From assembly GCA_043228905.1 (NCBI GenBank), contig JBHGNT010000007.1, forward strand, positions 11,346,001-11,410,000: a stretch of 64,000 bases of DNA, written 5' to 3'. Position 1 is the first letter of the stretch, and each line of letters begins with the position of its first letter. Position numbers and translations under genes: made by a program. This stretch comes from Azolla caroliniana (lineage: Eukaryota > Plantae > Polypodiophyta). Of this stretch, positions 28,131 through 37,465 are shown one piece after another. The notes under the pieces are model-generated. The model had not been told where the DNA came from. It saw only the letters and a program-made list of their open reading frames with translations, and searched no databases.

Positions 28131-29229
28131 TGTCGTGAAGATTTTCGGCAATAGTGTGAAAATCCCATAAAACATACGAAATCGAGTATGAATCACATAA
28201 TACAATAATTGTGAAGATAACATTTTAAATAAATTTAATATCTAAGTACAAAATGATGGAGGTTTCGAATGCACTTTATTACACGAGAAATGGACAACTA
28301 AATGTCAAGATATGAGGGTATAAAGTTTGTGAAAGGAAAAGAGAAAATTGTGAGATATCCCACATAGGCACGACAAATACGACTCTCCATCATATATAAG
28401 GTAGAGCAAAAGATATTATCTTTGTGTCTATGTGTGGAGCATAGAGAGTTCAAGGTAACTTGAACTAAGAGTGGAGGTGGGCTAGCTACTCGTAAAGGGT
28501 TTTGGCCAACAAAAACCGGACCGGTGATGGAGCTGGTGATCCGGCGGCAAATCGGCATCCGGCGGGGACCGGTAACCGACGGCATCCGACGCTGGTGAGA
28601 CGACGACGACATCCGGTATCCGGCGAGGCACCGGCATCCGACGAACCGGCGTCCGGCGATTAGATAAATAAATATATAAATATATATACATATATACATA
28701 TACAAGGAGGGCAAGTAAGGATTCGAACCTTGCACCTCCAAGTTAGGAGTCAATTGGCTTACCATTAAGCCATGCCATTTAGTTGAATTTATATTTCTAT
28801 CATTGTACTTTTACATGTAAATTCTCATACATGAGAGCTAAAATGAGTGACATGGTTATCATGCACCACATGTACTACATAAGCGCCAAATGGCAAACAT
28901 GCAATTTATGCGTGTCTTGTACTCTCACATGCATCATATGCATGAGAGCATCTATAAAAGAAGGAAGGGGGAGGAGAAAAAACACGGTTTTTTTTATTAT
29001 GAAATTAAGAAGAAGAAATTTGTTATCAAATTGATGGTGTAACTTGTTTCTTAAATCCAAAGATAAAAGTTCAATCAATCTCTCTCCATTGTTTAATCTC
29101 AACTTCTCTCTTTCCCAATCTATCTTAAGTACTTTCTCGCCAAAGCTTGTACCGACTTTGAATCCTTCCGGTCCAGAACCCCGGCGGTTCCGCCTCACAA
29201 TCCACGTGTAGTGACGGATCTTCACGACA
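28131..29229 (+). mobile_element. Solo LTR-like insertion with 12-bp terminal inverted repeats and a 4-bp TSD
   Basis: TGTCGTGAAGAT...ATCTTCACGACA, TSD ACGC. Internal CTATAAAAG ~28952 followed by CT-rich sequence. Confidence 0.8.
28710..28776 (-). other. tRNA-like / Pol III A-box-B-box cassette inside the solo LTR
   Basis: Minus strand GGCATGGCTTAATGGTAAGC...CAAGGTTCGAATCCTTACTTGCC. D-arm, T-arm and a short acceptor pairing are present; the anticodon stem is poor. Confidence 0.65.
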
Positions 29230-31178
29230 ACGCGCGCTAATAGGTGAAATTGAGCCCCAGGAGGACAGGGCTTTACAAAAAATCGAGAGGAAGAAGCAGG
29301 CAAAACAGGCCGCTCTCCTCATGGAGGTCCCCGAGTTGAACATGGCCCTTATCAAGGCATATCGGGACCTGGATCGCACTACGCGGGCAGCCAACGACAT
29401 GGCCCGAAAGATAAAAATAGCCCAAAAATAGGCTAAGATGGCCACAGAACTATGGCACGCTGCGAACCAAAAGTTGGCAGCCTGGGAGCAAAACCGGCCG
29501 GAACAACAACTCCCGAGCCTTCCGGTAACGACCACCGAGCCCCTCCCAGCGCCTCCGCGCATAACAATGATGGATGAAAGCACCATCACCGACTCAATCC
29601 TGAAGGTGCAGGCCAGTACACAAACGGACCCGTTACAAATGGTCGATGCCTGCACAACAACCGAGGCGCCCACGCCCATGGAGAAGACCGAGATACCACC
29701 ACCTCGTGCACCCAAGGAGGTGGCAACCCAGACAGAACCCCCACTCCGGGATTACCGTGCGGAGCTTAAAGAAGAACAACAGCGAACCGAGAGACACGAA
29801 CAACGACATCAAGAGGCGATGGCTCGACTAAAAGAAGAAGCTTCCAAGCAGATGGCTGAGATAAGAGCCCAGGCCGACCAAAGGATACACGAGCAGAACG
29901 AAGCACTGGGCCGGGTACAAGCGCAAGCCACGGGCAAGGAAGCCGAACTCAAAAGCAAGCTGGAGGAATACGCAACCACAGTGGTGAAGAAAGAGAAGGA
30001 GGTTCTAGACCTACAGGCCGCGCTCGACAATGCAAAAGACTGGAACCAGCGGCAGGAGGAAAGAAATCACCAACGGGAGGGGAGGATGAACGCGGAGAAT
30101 GCCGAGGTGTAGAGTCACCGTACGACCCTTAAAGAGATGGCTGACGAGTTTTTCATCAAATGCAAGCTACTTTCGAAGCAAAAAGACGCATTATCGGATT
30201 CCTACTTCGCCCTACAAGAAGAGAGAATCGTGGAACGGGAACAAATCCGGGCCACGTGTCAGAAAGAACGGGAGTAGGCCACCGAAGAACTCACCAAGCG
30301 CTACGAGCAGGCTCTCCAGCTCGTAACCGCGGATGCAAAGAACACTCAGGCCATCTATGAGCTAAGAACATAGAAGATTTAGGCCGAGGTCGACGGCTTA
30401 AAACAAGAATTAGCAGCCATCCGAGCACAGCCCGGCATGGATGAGACACGCATCAGAATACTGATCGAGAAACAACGCCAACACCTTACCAAAAAGGTTG
30501 AGGAAACATTAAGTCGCGCCGGAGACGAATGGGCAGCCCAAGCTGCTGAATTGCATATTTTACGCGCCGACGCCGAGAACCGACGGAAGGAGGGCCGCGG
30601 CTTCTACAAAATGGACGAAGCCAGCATACAAAACCTGCGTGCAGATTTAACCGAGGATTACCAGTCCTTGGCAAAATCTCACACTGCGGCAATCGAGCAA
30701 ATAATGGAGGACTTCAATGACGGTCAGATGCTGTTTCGCCTGGAAGCAGAAGCCTTCGAACGAGAACGACTCGCAGCCATCCCCACAAGCCCTCCAACGA
30801 CCATAGAGCAGAAAGAAGAACCTCCTAGCAAGGAGATCACGGACACGGCGCAGGAGGAACTTGCCCCGGCCAACAGACATCCCATGGACGCTGACACGGT
30901 ACCAGAGCCTGTCGAAGGAGAGGTTAGCGCCCATGAACCCACACCCCCACCAGAAGAATCGGCCGCACCCGAGGCGAACGCCCGAGAAGATATGCCACCC
31001 CCAGACCAAACTCAACCCCCCGCACCGACAGTCCAACCAGACCACCCTGCCACCACCCCCGACCCCGAAAGCATCCTCGACATCTTAAAGGAGGAATGAA
31101 ACGAGGATCACGCCTAAAAGGTAATTTTTGTAATATTGTTAATATTTTGTAAGTCGTGGGTCCGACGGACAAGGTCTT

Positions 31179-31195
31179 GTCCCACGGGCGTGCCA
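31179..31195 (+). promoter_or_regulatory. tRNA-3'-end-like motif (inverted PBS) at the PPT position of element A
   Basis: GTCCCACGGGCGTGCCA, then GG, then the LTR start TGTTG. No purine tract. Confidence 0.75.
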
Positions 31196-31658
31196 GGTGT
31201 TGTCCAGGGGACAGAAATGTAAAATTAGGAAATTAGCAAACGCAGAGTCCGAGTATCACGGGCCACCGACGGCTCGACGGTGTATTAGGGGAAAGGTTAT
31301 TTAAATGAGGAGCAGTACCTCAGAAAGGAGAGAAGAAAACTATAGGCGGAAGCATTAGCTTAGTCATTCGTAATTAGATAAACTCGTAAGGTCACCGGCC
31401 ATAGGCCGTGTTCTGTAATCCTTTTCTGCCACAGTAATATATCTTATTTGTGCCTATTTTTGCTGCATGAGTCTGTGCTTTGATCCATACCTATGAGTTT
31501 CACGCCGCCACGTCTATCAAGACCTTGCTAGTGTTTTCTCTCTGAGCCCTGTATCTCTCTCGACGCCTCTGTTACGAGCCTTCACGTACCACGCCCTTGA
31601 AGACCGATAGACGCAGATCTATCGAAGGTGTTCACCCAAAGGAACGGGTAACAGGCAT

Positions 31659-33085
31659 CTCCATGGATCCAGCTAAAGTCCAAATTGTGCTAGAGTGGCA
31701 AACTCCACGGTCGGTACGAGATGTACAATGTTTTCTAGGTTTTGCTAACTTTTACCGCAAGTTTATACAAGATTACTCGAAGATTATTTTACCTCTCACA
31801 CAACTTACGAAGAAGGGACAAACATTTCTTTGGTCCAATGAAGCGGACATGGCTTTTTGGCATCTTAAGAAAGCCTTTACATCAGCTCCTATTCTAGCTC
31901 ATGTGGATACAAACAAACCATTCATCATGGAGGCCGACGCATTGGATTTCGCCCTCGGTAGCATCCTTTCTCAATAAGGAGATACAGAAGAGTTACATCT
32001 TGTGGCTTTTCATTCACGCAAATTCGATGCCACGGAAATCAACTACGAAATACATGACAAGGAGTTATTAGCCATCGTGGATTCCTTTGTGCAATGGTGA
32101 CATTTCTTAGAGGGCTCTCCACATCAGGTCATCATCTTTAGTGATCACAAAAATCTTACTTATTTCCAGAACGCTCGGGTGCTAAATTGACGGCAAGCTC
32201 GATGGGCTCAATTCCTCACGCGTTTCGACTTCAACATCACATATCGACCGGGGAAGCAACAAGGAAAAGCAGATGCGCTATCACGGCGTTCATATCTTGC
32301 ACCTCGTCCTGGTGATCCAACGTTTGATAATCAAAAGCAAGTAATCTTGGGACCAACACGATTGCAGACAATGCGGATTTTTCACACACCCCCAATGGAT
32401 TCCCGGATTCCCGATGCCATACGTGCGAACTTGAAGACAAACAGTTTTGCTCAAGACATTCTGGCGCACATTGATACCTCTCGGGCATCCTGTTCCCAAT
32501 CTCAACAACTAGGTATGGACTACTGACAATTCAAATATCATGATGGTTTGTTATTCTTTAAAAATCTTGTATATGTCCCCGATTGCTCCTGTCGCCTTCA
32601 AATCGTCCAAAATTGTCACGACACCCATACGGCGGGACATTTCGGTAGTACTAAGACGTTGGATCTCGTTCAATGATCTTTTGGTGGCCCCATATGCGAC
32701 GTTTTATTGACAACTACGTTCGGACTTGTGATGCTTGCTGCTGAGCAAAGATGCCCCGACACCATCCATATGGCTTGTTGGAACCCTTACCGATTCCAAG
32801 TAAGTCGTGACAGTCTATTTGTCTTGATTTTATCATAGATCTGCCGGTCTCCAAGGGGTTCGATGCTATCTTAACCGTCGTCGATCGATATAATAAGATG
32901 GCACATTTTGTCCCGTGTACTAAGGCCATCACTAGCGAGGAAACCGTTGCCCTTGTCATGCGTGAGGTATTTCAGCATCATGGCCTCCCAGACAGTATCA
33001 TCAGTGACTGAGGACCTCAATTCATCTCCAAATTTTGGTAGCATCTCTTTAAGATGCTCAAGGACTCTTGCAACCTCTCCTCCAA
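31659..33085 (+). pseudogene. RT C-terminus, RNase H and integrase of element H
   Basis: [46 protein letters not shown] and integrase remnants with many stops. Confidence 0.85.
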
Positions 33086-33528
33086 CTATCATGAGGGTCA
33101 TATGCTTGATTAATTGATTGATCGATGTCATATGGTTCGTGCTCGATGTGCGAACCACCAGGGTTTTATACGAGGAGAGTTCATAGGAAAAGGGAGAGGG
33201 TCAAGCATGGACAAGGGTTGGAGATAATGTATGATTCAAGAAGCAAAGAGTAAATTGGGAAATGCACATAAAAGGAATCCAAACCAACTTGCTTAGCTTC
33301 TTACTTATCGTTCAATTGATAGAAGATACAAAGGTACCCATTTTGGGTTGGCCTAGCTACATGCGTGCCCAAAAGGGTGTGCTACAAGGGGTGGTGTGAT
33401 AAAAGGCATGCACTTGCATGAAAGGGATACCACATTTCCCCCTTGAGAAAAACAAGGAGTTTTAGGACATGGGGAAAGGAGGGGTGCTAGAAGATAGGAT
33501 TGGGGTAAGATAGGGCTTGATTGTCACA
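33086..33528 (-). repeat. Degenerate LTR-like fragment truncating element H
   Basis: Similar to 9650-9780 and 8282-8400; TG/CA-like ends are degraded. Confidence 0.45.
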
Positions 33529-33532
33529 GACA

Positions 33533-33985
33533 TGACAACAGTTATGTCAAGATTTGAACTCTTGTCCTCTTGTATTATAATCAAGTGTTATATTGTAACC
33601 AACACATCCAAGTACATAATCATGTTATGTATATCTTCATAGTTTATCTATTCACGTTCTAGGAGTTTTTAGAAAGTTCTAGAACTAGAAGGTTCTAGAG
33701 GGTTCTAGAATATTCTCCAAAATATTCTCAAGAATATTCTAATGCATGTACTTCAACTCATAGTATAAATACTTGTAACCTCCTTGGTCTCTTTCAAAGG
33801 ATTCAACGCCAGTCATTTACACATCAATCTAGTATTCTTGTTCCATTCCATCTTGTCTCGTTCTTCATCTCTATCTTCATGCTCTTGTGTCGTTCCTAGC
33901 TTCTTAAGTTCCATGCTCTTAGCCCCATCATTCGTGCTCCATCCCAGTCCATGCTTGGTGTGTCCATGATAGTTTGAATCCCTTC
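33533..33985 (+). repeat. Degenerate 5' LTR plus self-primer site of a chromovirus-like family
   Basis: TATAAATA ~33764, then aaaggattcaac. After the LTR end (~33971) comes the complementary gtttgaatccctt. Start coordinate approximate. Confidence 0.55.
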
Positions 33986-34414
33986 CAACTGGAAGCACCA
34001 CCCATCTTTGTCATCGTCTTTGCTTCTAGAGTTACCATCATCACCGTCCTTGCTTCCGGAGTTACTGTCATCAACATCCTTGTCTTTGACGTCATCATTT
34101 TCAGCACCTCTTCGCCCAACCATCATCGTCATCGACACTACTTGTCATCATTTTGCATCACGGTTTGGTGAGGAGTGCTTTCAATCGCTCACCTTCCTAG
34201 TTCCGGTGGGGTTCACAACCGCTCACTTTCTTAGTGGGGATCAGATCATTGCTCGCTTGCACTACATTTTCATTATAGTTCAAGTCTCGCACCACTTTCT
34301 GTTGGCGAGGATCGATTTTGATCGCTCACCTTCTAGTTTCGGTGGGGGCCACAACCGCTCACGCCCGTTCGAGTTTTCGATGAGAACCGCACATGGTCAC
34401 TCATGTTCTAGTTC

Positions 34415-34940
34415 TGTCACGGACACACTAAGCGTGGACTCGGATGGAACACAAGGCTAGAAGACAGAGACCTAGAACTGACAAGGCTAGAAATGAGGCA
34501 AAGATAAAGATCAATGAGGCAAGACGGGGCGAAACGAGAATACTAGATTGATGTGTCAATGGCTGATGTTGAATCCCTTGAAAGGGACCAAGGATGTTAC
34601 AAGTATTTATACAATTTCGGAGATCGAATATCTCTAGAATATACTCGAGAAATATCTTGAGAATATACCCGTTTAGAATATACCACAAAATAATTCTAGA
34701 ATATACTAACGACTAGAATATTCTCGAATGTACTATACACTAGACTCTACAATATATACAAGTTTACAATCAAATGTCAGTGGACAATTCACAAAAGTTT
34801 CCATATGGTGAACACAACACAATGTACCGTATGTGTTAAAAGTCAGAGGTTCGAGTCTAGAATGTGATATTATCCCCTCTCTTACGCCGCCTTCCCAAAC
34901 CGGTCGTTGGCTTAAGGGGATACTGTTGATGAAAATCTTA
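34415..34940 (-). mobile_element. 3' end of a chromovirus-like element: chromodomain tail, PPT and 3' LTR (same family as the 33533 LTR)
   Basis: Minus strand reads DFHQQYPLKP, then PPT AGAGGGGATAA, then LTR 34869-34415 ending GTGACA. Shares the tataaatacttgtaac...aagggattcaac block. Confidence 0.7.
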
Positions 34941-35094
34941 GACCATTTTCAAAGTATTTTGTAAATCCTAGACAAGGGGTAACCCTTCTAGAAGATGAGG
35001 TATTGAACACCAATGGGCATGAGCGACCATGTGCAGTCCTCACCTAGAATTGGAACACTAATACCAACGGACGTGAGCAATCATGTGTGGTCGG

Positions 35095-36415
35095 GAGCAA
35101 GGGAAATGGAGAGGAAGATAAAGTGCTTGCGGTCGGATGGCAGACAAGAATAGTTTTTCGGCCAATTCAACAGTTATTTGCAGCATAAGGGAATTCAGAG
35201 AGAATTCAGTTGCAGGTACACACCGGAACAAAATGGTGTGGCCGAAAGAAAGAACCGGTCAATTGTCGACGCGGCGAGGGCAATGCTGGAAGAAAAGAGC
35301 ATGGCCAAATTCTGCTGGGCTGAGGCGATCCAGATGGTCGTCTACATCCAAAACCGGATCGGAGACAAGGTGTCTACACATGAGTTATATTTCGGGCGAA
35401 AGCCGAATTGGAGGCACCTTCCGATATTTGATAGCATAGAATATGTGCATGTACCGGATGAGAAGCGGAAGAAGCTAGATCCGAAGTCGGAGAAGTGCAT
35501 CCTAGTAGGCTACTCGCATGAGCAGAAGGGGTATAAGTGTTATAACCCCCGGACTAAGCAGGTCCAAGTAAGCCGAGATGTCAAGTTTGATGAGTCGGCA
35601 TCATGGTACTCTCTATTGATTCCGGAAGATGAGGCTAGTGAGCCCGAGGAGGTCCAGGGAGAAGATGAAGACTTCGGCACGCTAGAAAAGAGTCAGATCT
35701 CATTCCGGCTAAGTGGGTCGAATGAGCGGCTGAGTTGGGATGACCAGTTGGGTGAAGAACCGGCGAGTAGTGGAGACTCTGCCGTGCTCTCCCCGCGCAA
35801 GGAACCGAGGACACGGTTCACGCGCAAAGAGAAGGGGAAGAAGAAGATGCCGGAATACGATACCGGAAGTGAAGTGTTAGATCGAAGTGAGTCTGATCCC
35901 GGAAAGGGAGAAGGCAGATCTTTAGAAATGAAGTCCGGAGCGGCCAAGAAGGGTCTCACCCGGGTAATGAAATGTTGCGCCGGTTCGGTCAACCGGTACA
36001 AAGCCCGGTTAGTGGCGAAGGGATACGCACAGACCCATGGAATCGAGTACGACGAGACCTTCGCTCCGGTCGCGAAGATGATGACAGTTTGTGTGGTACT
36101 GGCTGTTGCTGCGGCAAGGGGATGGCATCTTCACCAAATGGACGTGAGGAATGCATTTCTTCAAGGTGATCTTCAACAATGGGTCCATATGTTCCAACCC
36201 CCTAGTTTCCAATCGGAGATGAACACGTTGACAGTGTGCCGACTCAAGAAGTCGCTTTACGGTCTGAAACAAGCTCCCCGTGCTTGGCATGTGAAGATCA
36301 CGCACCGGTTGCGTGAGATGGGGTTTGTGGCCTCTAAGTCCGACTCTTCATTATTCATCCGGAATGGTTTGGACGGTCCGGTTTGCATTTTGCTTTATGT
36401 AGATGATTTAGTTAT
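35095..36415 (+). pseudogene. Copia integrase-RT fragment (same family as D), internally deleted and cut by Gypsy C
   Basis: [32 protein letters not shown], then an abrupt switch to an LTR. Confidence 0.85.
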
Positions 36416-37417
36416 TGTTGTCCATAGGCCAGAAATATAAATACATCATATGTAAATTCGCCGGTAGGTAGAAAAGTAGGTGAGGAAATAGGTAGAACTA
36501 AGTTGAGTTTTTAGCCCTAACAATCAGCCGATGGCTCGGCTCTGTCTAAAGAAGAGAACTATATAAACCGAGATCTGCATACCCCAAAGGGGGGGGGGGG
36601 GGGATACCTAAATTATTTAGCAAGATTAACATCGTAGCCCTGAGCTCTACACAAACTGTTTCCGGCCGAGAGTCGTGTACTGTAATCGCTGTGAGCTTCT
36701 CATTTAATATAAATCTCGTTGTTACTGTTCCTTCATCTGTGTATTCTCCCCGGTACTCGTAACCGAGCTACGTTTATGCCTAACAGGTTGTAGCCTGTGT
36801 ACGCTCCTCGTTCTCATATCGTCTTCTTAGTGTAGAAGAGGCTTCCACGTAACACGACCCCTTGATACCGATAGCCTGTGGGCTCATCGAAGGTGTTTTC
36901 CCCAGAAACGGTGTGAACATAAGTGTTTGCGGAAGCGTAAAACAGAGAACAACACACACAAAGAGAGATAGAGAGAGCGAGAGAGATAGAGAGAGCAGAA
37001 CACAATTTCAAAATTATATCAAGACTCTGTTGTCTGCCTGGCCGGACTAGCCTCAACATAGGTGTCTATCCGACACTTCTCCAAAGGGGTGGTTAGGATT
37101 GGATGCTAGGTTACACGCGTAAGATGATTACACTAAGCACAGACGGTAAAACAATACAAAGATACAGATAAACACGCAATAATTCTATTTGTATTACTTC
37201 CGTAAAGCCTTTACAAATCATCGGATCCTTTTATAGGCATCCGGCAAGGTTACAATTTGTGCGCTTAGGCAACCGGCATCCGAATCGGTCCGGATCCGGA
37301 TCGGTACAACTGTACCGGATCCGTCCCTCCGAATAATAATTATACTATTATTTACTTCCTATTATCCGATCCGACTCCGCCTTCCCACTTGTCCTTGCTC
37401 TTCTGACTGTCAACACA

Positions 37418-37433
37418 TGGCACGCCCGTGGGA
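37418..37433 (-). promoter_or_regulatory. tRNA-3'-end-like motif (inverted PBS) at the PPT position of element B
   Basis: Minus strand TCCCACGGGCGTGCCA, then TG, then the LTR start TGTTG. Identical core to A. Confidence 0.75.
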
Positions 37434-37465
37434 AAGTGCCTTGCACTTCGAATCCACTCCCGGCC

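Larger units (their letters stand above)
26902..31099 (+). pseudogene. Extra sense-strand ORF of element A (globular N-domain, P-rich linker, coiled coil, acidic tail), interrupted by a solo LTR
   Basis: Homologous to the extra ORF of element B (YFGEYS..K.YRT.GG.N..FGE.AR.LMEY; LRADAENRRK..FYKMDE; LDIL.EE*). Frame is restored across the 28131-29229 insertion. Confidence 0.8.
14952..31653 (+). mobile_element. Non-chromoviral Ty3/Gypsy element A, full length, with extra 3' ORF and two nested insertions
   Basis: 456-bp LTRs 14952-15407 and 31198-31653 (~13 mismatches by eye). TSD GGCAT. PBS TGGCACGCCCGGT at 15413. Domain order gag-PR-RT-RH-INT. Confidence 0.95.
12861..33085 (+). mobile_element. 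Decayed chromovirus-like (Tf1/Tcn1-type) Ty3/Gypsy element H, split by nested element A and 3'-truncated
   Basis: 5' LTR 12861-13334 (TGTCA...TGACA, TATAAAAG ~13045). Gag from 13403. Protease remnant LGLPWF. RT (GAPIFFVKKKDGSLR, KIDLRGAYNLVRI, YLDDLL). RT/RNase H resumes at 31659 (FLGFANFYRKFI) and integrase runs to ~33085. Confidence 0.85.

Noticed and set aside
28710-28776. Functional tRNA gene
   Set aside because: Acceptor stem is short and the anticodon stem barely pairs; kept only as tRNA-like.
37028-37433. Plus-strand element with 5' LTR and PBS at 37418
   Set aside because: gag-pol, the extra ORF, the LTR TATA box and another PBS are all on the minus strand, so this is the 3' end. 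Reported as an inverted PBS instead.
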